64,000 nt of DNA from an uncultured Rhodopirellula sp. (GTDB taxonomy: Bacteria > Planctomycetota > Planctomycetia > Pirellulales > Pirellulaceae). Of the stretch, positions 29,609 to 39,641 are shown in pieces (within the stretch, counting starts at the first letter, position 1; each line of letters opens with the position of its first letter). The notes beneath the pieces were generated by a model. The model did not search any database. It worked only from the letters and a program-made list of their open reading frames with translations, and was not told the origin of the DNA. The stretch is taken from contig CAXGAI010000022.1 of NCBI GenBank assembly GCA_964007735.1, positions 1-64,000 on the forward strand. The letters are read 5' to 3'. The position numbers and the translations under genes were made by a program.

Positions 29609-31393
29609 ATGATCCAACGTGCCTTGGCGACATGCCTTGCCTGTATGGTGTTTACTACCGCGTTGCAGGCCAAGCCGAATGTATTGATTATCACAGTGGA
29701 TGATATGAGTGCGGATTCAATTGGCACCTATGGTTGCCCTATCAACAATATCTCGCCTCATATGGATGGCCTGGTTCGATCGGGGTTAAGATTTCAACAT
29801 GCTCATGTCCAGGTCGGTAACTGTATGCCCGGTCGTAACGTGATGTGGTCCGGACTATACCCGCATAACAACGAGGTGGAAGGATTCTATCAGGTTTCCC
29901 AGCCAAAACATAAGCACCTTGTCGATTTAATGAAGCAAGCCGGGTATTTTACGGCCATCATGGGGAAAACGTCTCATTCGACTCCTTACCATCCTTACCC
30001 GTGGGATGCGATTCTGGATACAGCTAAGGACGGGGCTAATTATGACAAAAAGAATCCTGCTCACTTCGGTGAGGCCACAGCTCGCGGTATTGAGGCAGCA
30101 GCGAGAGCAGAAAAACCGTTTTGTCTGATGGTAAATGTTTCAGATCCTCATAAACCATTCTTCGCTGGCGAGTCAGATGCAAACCAGCCAACGATGATTG
30201 TGGAGGCAGGGGACGTTCCTGTCCCCGGTTTTCTCTTCGATGATCCGGTGGTTCGACAGGAACTGGCGCTGTATTACAGCAGCGTAAGTAGGGCCGATGA
30301 CTGTGTTGGCGAAATTCTAGAGTCACTGAAAAAATCAGGAGTAGAAGACGATACTGTAGTCGTGTTTTTATCTGATCATGGTATGCCGTTGCCCTTTGCA
30401 AAAACGCAACTGTATCATCACAGTACGCATACGCCTTTGGCAATTCGCTGGCCAGGCGCGACTAAGCCGGACTCGATTGATACACAACACATGGTTTCGG
30501 CGGTGGACCTAACACCCACGATTCTGGAAATCGTTGGGGCTGAAGTGCCAAAACTTGATGGTCGTTCCTTCGCCTCGATTCTTCAGGGCGAAACTCAGGA
30601 CGATCGGGAATTTGTTGTGAAAGAATACAACGAAAACTCAGGTCGATCTCGAGATCCAATTCGTGCGGTCCAGACTAAAAAGTACCTTTATTTGGCAAAT
30701 GCGTGGTCTAACGGTACACGGGTTTTCGCAACGGCGACAACGGGGACTAAAACGTATCGTCGAATGGCAGTCCTCGCTGAAACAGATGCGTATCTTGCGA
30801 AGCGTTTGGCGATGTATAAGTATCGTGTGCCGGAAGAGTTTTATGACATTGAAAAGGATCCGGATTGTTTGGACAACCTTATCGAAAGTTCCGGGCATCA
30901 GGAAATTATCCAGCAGCAGCGTGAGCGGTTGTTGCAGTGGATGAAGCAGACGGACGACCACATGCTCGAGTGCTTTAAGAACTTCAGAGACGCGGAAGAA
31001 CGAGAAGCCTATGTGCTCGCAAAAGAAGAGGAAGCGGTTTCCCGCAAAAAACGGACCTCCCCTCAGGCCAAGCAACAGAAAATATTTACAATCACGCTCC
31101 CGACGCCTATTACAGCAGCGACCAAGGTCAAGTACCGCGTTAATTATGATTTACCGAAGAGTTTAGGTATCCAAGGGATTGCGATCACCATGAAGCAGGG
31201 AAAGAACGGTGAGCGAGTAGAACGGAAGGAAGCGAAAATTCAGGGAAGGGGCCAGTTGGTTGTCGAGTTTAATATTCCGTCAAACCCGAAAGACGGGCGC
31301 ATTTCGTTTGCAACTTGGGTAGGAGCGGAATTTGATAAGAACATTCAGTACTATCACACCGATGCGATTCCCGTGAAATACTTAGAAGATTAA
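29609..31393 (+). CDS. Sulfatase (S1, sulfamidase-like) with extra C-terminal beta domain
   Basis: KPNVLIITVDDM, CMPGRNVMWSG, SDHGMPLPFAK, EEFYDIEKDP, plus about 110 extra aa at the C-terminus. Confidence 0.9.
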   Translation: MIQRALATCLACMVFTTALQAKPNVLIITVDDMSADSIGTYGCPINNISPHMDGLVRSGLRFQHAHVQVGNCMPGRNVMWSGLYPHNNEVEGFYQVSQPKHKHLVDLMKQAGYFTAIMGKTSHSTPYHPYPWDAILDTAKDGANYDKKNPAHFGEATARGIEAAARAEKPFCLMVNVSDPHKPFFAGESDANQPTMIVEAGDVPVPGFLFDDPVVRQELALYYSSVSRADDCVGEILESLKKSGVEDDTVVVFLSDHGMPLPFAKTQLYHHSTHTPLAIRWPGATKPDSIDTQHMVSAVDLTPTILEIVGAEVPKLDGRSFASILQGETQDDREFVVKEYNENSGRSRDPIRAVQTKKYLYLANAWSNGTRVFATATTGTKTYRRMAVLAETDAYLAKRLAMYKYRVPEEFYDIEKDPDCLDNLIESSGHQEIIQQQRERLLQWMKQTDDHMLECFKNFRDAEEREAYVLAKEEEAVSRKKRTSPQAKQQKIFTITLPTPITAATKVKYRVNYDLPKSLGIQGIAITMKQGKNGERVERKEAKIQGRGQLVVEFNIPSNPKDGRISFATWVGAEFDKNIQYYHTDAIPVKYLED

Positions 31394-32829
31394 GCTATTG
31401 CCTTAGAGATAACTTGTCCATGCACATCGGTCAGACGGAAATCCCTTCCGGCATGGTGATAGGTCAGTTTCTCGTGGTTCAATCCGAGCTGATGTAGGAT
31501 CGTGGCCTGGATGTCGTGGACATGGACGGCGTCTTCGGTCGGGTGGAATCCAAAGTCGTCCGTTTGTCCCATGGAGAAACCCGGCTTCATGCTTCCTCCG
31601 GCCATCCACATTGTATATGCCTGAGGGTGGTGGTCACGACCATTGCTGCGTCCCAAAGTGGGATTTTGCTCAACCATCGGCGTACGTCCGAACTCACCAC
31701 CCCATACAATCAAAGTGCGATCGAGGAGTCCCACGCGTTTTAGGTCTTTAACTAAAGCTGCAGAGGCCTGGTCCGTCTTGGTGCAGTTGCTTGAACAGTT
31801 ACCTTTGACGTTGGAATGGGCATCCCATCCGCTATGAAAAATGTTGATGTACCGCACTCCTCGCTGGACCATGCGTCGGGCTAGAAGGCAGGCTCGCGCG
31901 AACGAGGCCTGGTCAGGCTTGCAGCCATAAAGATCCATCGTTTCCTGAGTTTCCTGACGAAGATCCATTAACTCAGGAGCAGATATCTGAAGGCGTGCGG
32001 CCATTTCGAAAGAAGAAATTCGTGTTTGAATTTCCGGGTCGTTTAGCTTTTCGTATTGTTGTTCATTCAATGTCTTCAGGACGTTAAAGGTGTTTCTCTG
32101 TCCCTGTTTGCTAATTCCAACGGGAGTGTCAACGTTGAGGATGGGAGCGCCCTGATTTCGAAACATGACACCGGTATTGACGGTTGGTAAAAAGCCGCTG
32201 GAATAGAGCCCTGCTCCTCCGCTAAGTCCGCCTCCGGTGTTCATGACGACATAAGCGGGTAAATTTTGAGTCTCGGCGCCCAAGGCATACATAGCCCAAG
32301 ACCCAATGCTGGGACGTCCGGGTTGGCCAAAACCGGTGTTGAAGAATATTTGTCCCGGAGCATGATTGAATTGATCCGTGTGAACTGCGCGGAACATACA
32401 GATGTCGTCTGCAATCGAGTGTAAGTGCGGGAGAGCCTCGGAAATTTCTTGTCCGCTCTCCCCGTATTTGTTGAATTTAAACTGGGGACCCAGCACTCCT
32501 GCATTGGCTTGGATAAAGGCATATCGTTGATCGCCGAGAATGGATTCCGGCAACGGCTGGCCTTCGAGTTTCTTAAGAAGCGGTTTTTCCGTAAACAGTT
32601 CCAGTTGGCTCGGAGCCCCCGCCATAAACAAATGGATGACCGCTTTGACTTGCGGTTTGTGGTGAGGTTTGACTTGACCAGGAAGTGTTTTCCCATGCGG
32701 TTCTCCATCGCTCTGTTTCGCTAAAACAGAACGGCTTAAAAGAGAAGCTAATGCGACTTTCCCCGTGCCCACACCGCAATCGTTTAAGAAGGTCCGTCGA
32801 GTTAGATGGAGTAATCGATTGTTTTTCAT
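31390..32829 (-). CDS. DUF1501 domain protein (partner of the upstream PSD1 cytochrome)
   Basis: TRRTFL Tat leader from ATG 32829, IHLFMAGAPSQLELF, WDAH, GGEFGRTP, GRDHHP, FRLTDVHG. Confidence 0.9.
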   Translation of the reverse strand: MKNNRLLHLTRRTFLNDCGVGTGKVALASLLSRSVLAKQSDGEPHGKTLPGQVKPHHKPQVKAVIHLFMAGAPSQLELFTEKPLLKKLEGQPLPESILGDQRYAFIQANAGVLGPQFKFNKYGESGQEISEALPHLHSIADDICMFRAVHTDQFNHAPGQIFFNTGFGQPGRPSIGSWAMYALGAETQNLPAYVVMNTGGGLSGGAGLYSSGFLPTVNTGVMFRNQGAPILNVDTPVGISKQGQRNTFNVLKTLNEQQYEKLNDPEIQTRISSFEMAARLQISAPELMDLRQETQETMDLYGCKPDQASFARACLLARRMVQRGVRYINIFHSGWDAHSNVKGNCSSNCTKTDQASAALVKDLKRVGLLDRTLIVWGGEFGRTPMVEQNPTLGRSNGRDHHPQAYTMWMAGGSMKPGFSMGQTDDFGFHPTEDAVHVHDIQATILHQLGLNHEKLTYHHAGRDFRLTDVHGQVISKAIA

Positions 32830-32836
32830 CAGTTTC

Positions 32837-35800
32837 TTAATTCTTATTAATAGCTTCGTCTGTTGAGAATAGTACACGGACAACGCCCGTCCAAGCTGCT
32901 GCAAGGATAGCCTCTTGCCCTTCGATTCCGACAAGTGCCGTCGCTTTGTTCGGTGTAGTCTCATATTCTTCCACCAGAGATTGGAAGTAATTTTGAACCG
33001 TGCTTAACTCCAAGTTGCTGGGTGGTCGGGATAAAATCCTCAAAAAGGCCTTTTCAACTTTCACTTCCGGCCCAGATGCTAGTTTTGAAAGCTCCGTTCC
33101 AAATTGTCTGGCAATGTCCAGGAACATCGGGTCGTTTAATATCGTCAACGCCTGCAATGCCGTATTAGATCGGTTGCGTTTGGCAGTGCACGTTTCCCCA
33201 CTTGGAGCATCAAATGTATTGAACATTGCAAAGGGAGCTGTTCGTTTGGTGTATGTGTAGAGACTGCGGCGATAACGATCTTCACCCGCACTCGGCGTCC
33301 ACTTTGGTGATCCGTATGCGGCAGCTGCTATCCCTGAGGGCTGTAGGGGCCGAACGGGTGGGCCGAACATTTTAAACGACAGCAGCCCGGAGCTATGCAA
33401 AACCGAGTCTCTGAATACTTCGGCATCCAGTCGCATGCGCGGGAAGTAGCTCAGTAACGTATTGTTTGGATCGATGCGGAGAACATCTGACCTTACGCGA
33501 CTCGCTTGCTGATAGGTAGCGCTGGTCACAATGTATTTATGCAGCCAGCGGATGGACCATTGGTTGGCCACGAGCTGAGTCGCTAAGTGGTCTAGCAGAA
33601 GGGGATGGGAGGGTGGACTTCCCTGAAAACCAAAATCATCAAGCGTTACCACCAAACCTTTGCCAAAAAAGGCGTCCCACTGACGATTGGCTACGACCCG
33701 TGATGTGAGTGGGTTCTCAGGTGCCACCAGCCAATGAGCAAACCCAAGTCGATTGCGAGGTAGATTGTCGGGGTAGTCGTGAAGAAAGCTGAGCGGGACA
33801 GCCGTGACCTCCTCCCGAGGACTTAGGAATTCCCCCCGGTGATGACGGTAAGTGGGACGCAGATTTTCTTGAGGACGTTCCTGCATCACCAGAGCGCGTT
33901 GGTAACGAGGTTTCTTTTGAAGTGACGCAATGCGATCGGTGTGTTCCTTTAGTTCTGGTGTTTGTAGGAGGAATTGAGTTAATAGAGTGTTGCGTTGTTC
34001 GGCGGTCAGTTCCCCGTCTTGAAGGGTAAGCAAATCCTCGCTAGCAGGAGGGAGTTCATTTGCAGAGATAGGCTTGTTATCCGTAGCGACGGACAGTCGG
34101 AATTTACCCAGCGAACTGCTGAAATGTCGCCCAAAGTGCATGAACAGTTTCCACCGACCAGCCTGAATAGGCTCAGCCGGTGACAGGACGGCTATGTGAC
34201 GTTGTCCCTGACCGTCGTGAACCGACCAGCCTGTTTGGATGTCTCCGTCAATCATCAGTTGCGCGGAAGTATCCTGACTGCCGTAACGGTTTTTTGCATA
34301 GCTGTGGACGGCTTTATCGAGTTTGACTCGTTGCCCTTCGACGTACAATTCGAACTCGGTGAGGAAGAAGTCACCGATGGTACCCTCGTAATTTGTCATC
34401 CCGGGTCCGTAATTTGGCAGTCTCGCGTCAGGAAGAGCTTCCAGGCGAATGGCACGCACAAGATCATGCTTTACGTCAAATTCCAATTCGAAGATGTCGT
34501 GCTTAGTCGAGTCTCCGGACGCCAGGATGATATCGTCCTGTTCAAGTTGTAAGTGCGGCAGATTCGCTTTCAGGCTTGCTGGTGAGAGCGTTGACCAATG
34601 GCGGGCTCGCGTTTGCTGTTGGTTGAGCCATGCCTGGAACTTGTCGTCAAGTTCGGCTCCTTTCAAAGGATGCTTTTCGATAAGTTGTTTGCTGAGTATA
34701 TCCGCACGCGCGAGATTATCTGCATATGATTTATCGAGTTTGGCGTCCGGTATGTCCAACTCAGGCTCGTTCGTGTTGTTCATAAATGCCATTAATTCGT
34801 AATACTGCCGGTGAGTGATCGGGTCGTATTTGTGAGTGTGGCACTGAGCACAGCCGGTGGTTAGGCCCAGCCACGTAGTGCCTGTCGTGGCGACACGATC
34901 TGTCATGGCGTAGAATCGGAATTCAAGCGGGTCAATCCCTCCTTCTTCGTTCAGCATAGTGTTTCGATGGAAGCCGGTTGCCACGCGTTGTGCTGGTGTC
35001 GCATTTGGGAGCATGTCACCTGCGATTTGCTCAATCGTAAACTGATCAAACGTCATGCCAGCGTTGATGGCCTGAATGATCCAGTCTCGATAGGGCCACA
35101 TGTTACGGTCCCGGTCTTTTTCATAGCCGTTGGTGTCGGCATAACGGGCGAGATCCATCCAGCGACGCGCCCACCGCTCACCGTATTGCGGACGTTTTAA
35201 TAAACGGTCGACCAACGTTCCATATTCTTTCTGATTAATATTGCCATCCTGATCGAAGATGGACGCTATAGCCTGTTCAATTTCGTCGGGCGACGGAGGG
35301 ATGCCCAGCAGATCAAGGTACAGTCGGCGGGTTAGCGTATAAGGTTCCGCAGGTGCGGAGGGCCTTAGGCCTGCAGTCTTCAGTTGGCTGGCGATATAGT
35401 GATCGATGGCGTTGTGCCCCCAGTCGGATTTACGGAATTTCTCGGGAGGCCTGTTTTGTGGCGGCTGAAATGCCCAGTGTGGTTCATATTTAGCGCCGCG
35501 TTTAATCCAGCGAGTAAGGAGCAGCACTTCGTCTTCAGTGAGGTTCTTATTGGCAGATGCCGGTGGCATTCGGAAATTTGGATCCTGAGATAAGATGCGT
35601 TCAGCAAGAGAACTTGTTTTTAGATTCCCGGGTGTAATTGGTGGAGTATTGGAACTAAACAGTCCCTGCTCCGTATCTAATCGCATTTCGGTCACGCGAG
35701 CATCCTCATCAGGGCCATGACATTTGTAGCACTTGTTGGAAAGAATCGGTCGAATGTCACGGGTAAAAGAGATGTCGTCGGCGTATAAGAAAGCCGGGCA

Positions 35801-35857
35801 AGAGACTGCCAGTAGAATGGGCAGTAAAGTTTTCGTCAGAGATAAAATTGGTTTCAT
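32837..35857 (-). CDS. Planctomycete cytochrome c / DUF1549 / DUF1553 (PSD1) protein
   Basis: CYKCH and CAQCH, YGERWARRWMDLARYADTNG, HKYDPI, PSHPLLLDHLA, RLDAE..RD, RRSLY. Confidence 0.9.
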   Translation of the reverse strand: MKPILSLTKTLLPILLAVSCPAFLYADDISFTRDIRPILSNKCYKCHGPDEDARVTEMRLDTEQGLFSSNTPPITPGNLKTSSLAERILSQDPNFRMPPASANKNLTEDEVLLLTRWIKRGAKYEPHWAFQPPQNRPPEKFRKSDWGHNAIDHYIASQLKTAGLRPSAPAEPYTLTRRLYLDLLGIPPSPDEIEQAIASIFDQDGNINQKEYGTLVDRLLKRPQYGERWARRWMDLARYADTNGYEKDRDRNMWPYRDWIIQAINAGMTFDQFTIEQIAGDMLPNATPAQRVATGFHRNTMLNEEGGIDPLEFRFYAMTDRVATTGTTWLGLTTGCAQCHTHKYDPITHRQYYELMAFMNNTNEPELDIPDAKLDKSYADNLARADILSKQLIEKHPLKGAELDDKFQAWLNQQQTRARHWSTLSPASLKANLPHLQLEQDDIILASGDSTKHDIFELEFDVKHDLVRAIRLEALPDARLPNYGPGMTNYEGTIGDFFLTEFELYVEGQRVKLDKAVHSYAKNRYGSQDTSAQLMIDGDIQTGWSVHDGQGQRHIAVLSPAEPIQAGRWKLFMHFGRHFSSSLGKFRLSVATDNKPISANELPPASEDLLTLQDGELTAEQRNTLLTQFLLQTPELKEHTDRIASLQKKPRYQRALVMQERPQENLRPTYRHHRGEFLSPREEVTAVPLSFLHDYPDNLPRNRLGFAHWLVAPENPLTSRVVANRQWDAFFGKGLVVTLDDFGFQGSPPSHPLLLDHLATQLVANQWSIRWLHKYIVTSATYQQASRVRSDVLRIDPNNTLLSYFPRMRLDAEVFRDSVLHSSGLLSFKMFGPPVRPLQPSGIAAAAYGSPKWTPSAGEDRYRRSLYTYTKRTAPFAMFNTFDAPSGETCTAKRNRSNTALQALTILNDPMFLDIARQFGTELSKLASGPEVKVEKAFLRILSRPPSNLELSTVQNYFQSLVEEYETTPNKATALVGIEGQEAILAAAWTGVVRVLFSTDEAINKN

Positions 35858-35998
35858 CTATGTCAATCCGGTCTAAGGAAAATCCTCGAATTCTCATTTT
35901 AACCCCCGGTCACTACCGGAGAAATAGAGGCTTTCTAAATCAGCTTTCTGAATGAGGTATAATTCCGGTAGTAATTATCATTTTTATTCCGGGATACA

Positions 35999-38900
35999 GT
36001 GTTGATGTTACGCGTTCAGTGTTTGTTGATTTCCTTGTTGTTGGTTAATTCTTCGTTGGCGGTTGAACCTCAACCGGTTGAATTGAAAAATGTCGATGAT
36101 TGGTTTCGCGCAAGTTTTACGGATGAAACAATCGTTCAGCGACATGACGGCTATTTAGAGGTGCAACTCGAACATGGGCCTCTGCTCAAAAATATGGCGA
36201 CTACCAAGGTGTATCATAAGCAACTAGGATCGTTGCCGATGAAGATCAATAGGAAAACGTACGAACACGGGCTCTATCTCGCGTCCCCCGGAACCATTCG
36301 TGTTGTTCTGCCCGGTTCTGCCCGTCACTTTGAAGCCGTTTTCGGTGTGGATAGCAATCGGGTTACCAGTTTCTACTCCAATGCAGGCCGCGGTTCGGTG
36401 ATAGGTGTTGTGTCGGTCGGCGATAGAACGCTGTATGAATCATCCGTCATGCGAGAGGGGATCCCTGGTCAAAGAGTTTCAGTGCCTTTAGAGGGAGTAC
36501 AGGCATTCACAATTAGCACGAAGGGAAGTAAAGAAGGTGTTATTGAACAGGTTGACTTCAATCAGTCAAATTGGGCCCATGCCGAAGTTGAGTTGGTAGG
36601 GGGCCGTCGGATTCGCCTGGGAGACTTGCCAACGGCTCCTCTTGGGCTGTCACCAAAACCGGCATTGCCATTTTCATTTCAATACGGCGGACAAGATTCA
36701 CGGGAATTTCTGGCGACTTGGGAAAAGAGTTGGGGTGCGATTGTTCATGCGAAAAAAACAATAGATAAGACAGTTAGTTACCGTGATCCGAAAACGGGAT
36801 TAGTTGTTGATTGTGTATTGACGATCAATCGTAAACTCCCCGTCGTTGAGTGGGTACTGAAATTGAGAAATGAATCTGACCAGGCAACGCCATTGATCGA
36901 GAATGTTTTGCCTCTCGATTTAAGCTTTGAACGAAATGGTGAAGGTGAATTTACGCTCCATCACAGTAATGGGAGTCCACATTCTCTGGTTCGGATGTCA
37001 GATGAAACGGACTATGCGCCTCGAGAAACCATTCTCGGACCGGAATCATCCAAAGAACTTGGTTCTCTGATCGGGTTGCCTGCCAGTAATGACTTACCCT
37101 TTTTCAATTTGGAGTGGAACGGTAAGGGAGCCATATTTGCGATTGGTTGGCCGGGACAGTGGAATGCTTCATTCACGCGTGACGGTCAACGAACGTTGGT
37201 ACTTGAAGCCGGTCAGCAGGACACAGCATTCTTTCTCAAGCCCGGAGAACAAGTAAGGACACCAAGAATCGCGATGCTCTTGTGGCAGGGGGGAGATTGG
37301 TTGCGGGCGCAAAATTTGTGGCGACGCTGGATGATCGAAAGCAATTTGCCACGTACTTCGGACGGGGAGTTACCACCGTTTCAGCATAATGCCTCCAGTT
37401 CTGCTCATTACATTGAGAGTTCCGGTGCGACGGAAGAGAATCAAAAAATGTTCGTCAACCGATATGTCGACAATGGGATTAAACCGGATTACTGGTGGAT
37501 CGATGCGGGTTGGTATGACTACAAGGAATACTGGCTTAATGTAGGCAGTTGGGATCCTAATTTCCAACGTTTTCCAAATGGACTAAAACCGATTTCCGAT
37601 CATTTGCATGCGAGAGATATGAAGTTCATTCTTTGGTTCACACCGGAATTGGTCACGCGGGGTTCCCGAATTGATCAGAACCAGTCGCAATGGCTGCTCA
37701 AAGGTGGTGCGGAGTGGTGGATGGGACATGCGCTTATTCAGGGAGAGTTTCCGGCCCATGTCAATGATTCAGGAATGACGTTGATGGAAGATGTCGCAGC
37801 CTTTGGAACCGGGAACCCTGATGCAACAGCAACGAGTAAGAAGTCACTGGTAGATGGGAATTGGCATCTTGTAACAGCAACCCGGCATGTTAACGAAAAG
37901 TCACAACGTAGTGAGCTTAAGCTGTATGTTGACGGCGAACTAAGTGCTGCGGCTGAGTCGGACAATATTGGACGGATGGACAAAAATAAGACGTTTGGCG
38001 TCGGGCGGCAATATCAAACGAGAGGTATTGTCGGCGAAATGGACGATGTTCGAGTCTATGACTCGGCATTGACAACGGAACAGGTCAGCCAGTTGTTTTT
38101 ACATAAACTTGCATTGCCCCCGTTACATCATTATTCGTTTGACGGTGATGTTAGAGATGGTGCCGGTAACGCCCATGGCGCTAAAATCGGTAGCGGTGAA
38201 TTCCGGTACGTCGCCGGGGTCCGAGGCGGTGATGATCTGGCATTAGCCTTTAATAATGACTACGGAGTGGAAATTCCTAACTCGGCACATGCCAACTACA
38301 CGCTCTCGTGCTGGGTGCGAATGGATGCACCACAGGCTCCTCCTTGGGGACGAGGTGATATGAGATTATTCGAGTTTGGTAACGCGAATGCTGCAGCATG
38401 GATGACAGACTATGTGGATTCTCGGATCCAAAGTCAGGGTGTGGACTTGTATCGTCACGATGGAATACCGCCTCTTTCCTATTGGAAGTCTAATGATGAG
38501 CCCGGTCGTCGCGGGATTTCTGAAATGAAGCACGTGGAAGGACTGTTGGGATATTGGGATGCATTGAAAGAACGTCATCCGATGTTGCGAATCGACATTT
38601 GTTCTGGTGGTGGAAGCCGTAATGAACTCGAAACACTTCGTCGGGCCGTTCCACTATGGCGTAGCGATTATGCCTACGAGACGACAGGTATGCAAACATT
38701 GAGTTACGGTATGGCGATGTGGATTCCATTTTTTGGTACGGGAATTAATACGACCGACTCCTACACTTTTTGGAGTCAGTTGGCCCCCTCCAATACAACC
38801 ACTTGGGACGTCCGACGTGAAGACTTTGACTTTGAGGCGGCGAAGACGTTGTTAAAGAAACGACGGGAAGTGATTCCGTATTATTACGACGACTACTATC

Positions 38901-39184
38901 CACTCACTAAATACAGGACGGATAATGATGTCTGGATGGCCTGGCAATTTAATAGGCCTTCAGATGAGTCGGGTATCGTTATGTCATTCAGGAGACCTGA
39001 CAGTCCGGCCTCACAAATGCAGTACAAATTGCGTGGTTTAGATCTTTCAGCGACTTATGTCATTACAGATCTCAATGGAGATGTTGTTAGCAGAGCGTCG
39101 GGTGCGAAGTTGGCAGGAGAAGGTTTGATGGTCTCACTGCCAACTCCCCGATCAGTTGCCGTTTACAAATACCGTAAACGTTAA
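35999..39184 (+). CDS. GH36-like alpha-galactosidase with N-terminal NPCBM-like domain and inserted LamG domain
   Basis: WWIDAGWY, RFPNGLKPISD.LH...MKFILWF.PE, YRHD, IDICSGGG.R, LWRSDY. NPCBM-like YEHGL...FEAVFGVD...WA. LamG motifs WHLVTAT, LYVDG, GEMDDVRVY. The start may be ATG 36005. Confidence 0.82.
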   Translation: MLMLRVQCLLISLLLVNSSLAVEPQPVELKNVDDWFRASFTDETIVQRHDGYLEVQLEHGPLLKNMATTKVYHKQLGSLPMKINRKTYEHGLYLASPGTIRVVLPGSARHFEAVFGVDSNRVTSFYSNAGRGSVIGVVSVGDRTLYESSVMREGIPGQRVSVPLEGVQAFTISTKGSKEGVIEQVDFNQSNWAHAEVELVGGRRIRLGDLPTAPLGLSPKPALPFSFQYGGQDSREFLATWEKSWGAIVHAKKTIDKTVSYRDPKTGLVVDCVLTINRKLPVVEWVLKLRNESDQATPLIENVLPLDLSFERNGEGEFTLHHSNGSPHSLVRMSDETDYAPRETILGPESSKELGSLIGLPASNDLPFFNLEWNGKGAIFAIGWPGQWNASFTRDGQRTLVLEAGQQDTAFFLKPGEQVRTPRIAMLLWQGGDWLRAQNLWRRWMIESNLPRTSDGELPPFQHNASSSAHYIESSGATEENQKMFVNRYVDNGIKPDYWWIDAGWYDYKEYWLNVGSWDPNFQRFPNGLKPISDHLHARDMKFILWFTPELVTRGSRIDQNQSQWLLKGGAEWWMGHALIQGEFPAHVNDSGMTLMEDVAAFGTGNPDATATSKKSLVDGNWHLVTATRHVNEKSQRSELKLYVDGELSAAAESDNIGRMDKNKTFGVGRQYQTRGIVGEMDDVRVYDSALTTEQVSQLFLHKLALPPLHHYSFDGDVRDGAGNAHGAKIGSGEFRYVAGVRGGDDLALAFNNDYGVEIPNSAHANYTLSCWVRMDAPQAPPWGRGDMRLFEFGNANAAAWMTDYVDSRIQSQGVDLYRHDGIPPLSYWKSNDEPGRRGISEMKHVEGLLGYWDALKERHPMLRIDICSGGGSRNELETLRRAVPLWRSDYAYETTGMQTLSYGMAMWIPFFGTGINTTDSYTFWSQLAPSNTTTWDVRREDFDFEAAKTLLKKRREVIPYYYDDYYPLTKYRTDNDVWMAWQFNRPSDESGIVMSFRRPDSPASQMQYKLRGLDLSATYVITDLNGDVVSRASGAKLAGEGLMVSLPTPRSVAVYKYRKR

Positions 39185-39218
39185 CCCGGCTGTCCCTCAG
39201 TGGTTAAAGGATCTCGAT

Positions 39219-39641
39219 ATGAAATGTCCAAAATGCGGAGCGATGCTGACCCCGTTGCCGGTGGGGGATATTACGGTGGATAAGTGCCAGAGTTGTGATG
39301 GGATTTGGTTAGACCATGGCGAATTAGAAAAACTTCGTAAGACCGGGCTTCGGGATATTGAGAAGACACTTGAGGAGCAATATGGTAATCCACCGGCTCC
39401 CATGTCCTCACTGGATGGCTATCTCCGGTGTCCGTATTGCGCGGATGAGGGATTACGCACTAATTATGTGTCGTACATGCAGCCGGTGAAAATGGATCAC
39501 TGTGCGGTCTGTTTTGGTATGTGGCTTGACAAGCGTGAATTGGATAAACTGCTCGAAGATAAGCAACAGTTGGATGCAGTTCAGGTGGAAGGTGGTATGA
39601 AGGCAATGTTTGCTGCGCTGGCAAAACGAATAGGGCGTTAA
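39219..39641 (+). CDS. zf-TFIIB-like double zinc-ribbon protein
   Basis: MKCPKC...DKCQSCDGIWLDHGELEKL and CPYC...DHCAVCFGMWLDKRELDKL. AAGGA RBS before ATG 39219. Confidence 0.8.
   Translation: MKCPKCGAMLTPLPVGDITVDKCQSCDGIWLDHGELEKLRKTGLRDIEKTLEEQYGNPPAPMSSLDGYLRCPYCADEGLRTNYVSYMQPVKMDHCAVCFGMWLDKRELDKLLEDKQQLDAVQVEGGMKAMFAALAKRIGR

Noticed and set aside
32830..32964. N-terminal extensions of ORF-track calls (also 9618-9683, 14410-14454, 25976-26044, 39156-39218)
   Set aside because: They overlap upstream genes. Downstream ATGs give proper signal or Tat leaders and normal spacing.
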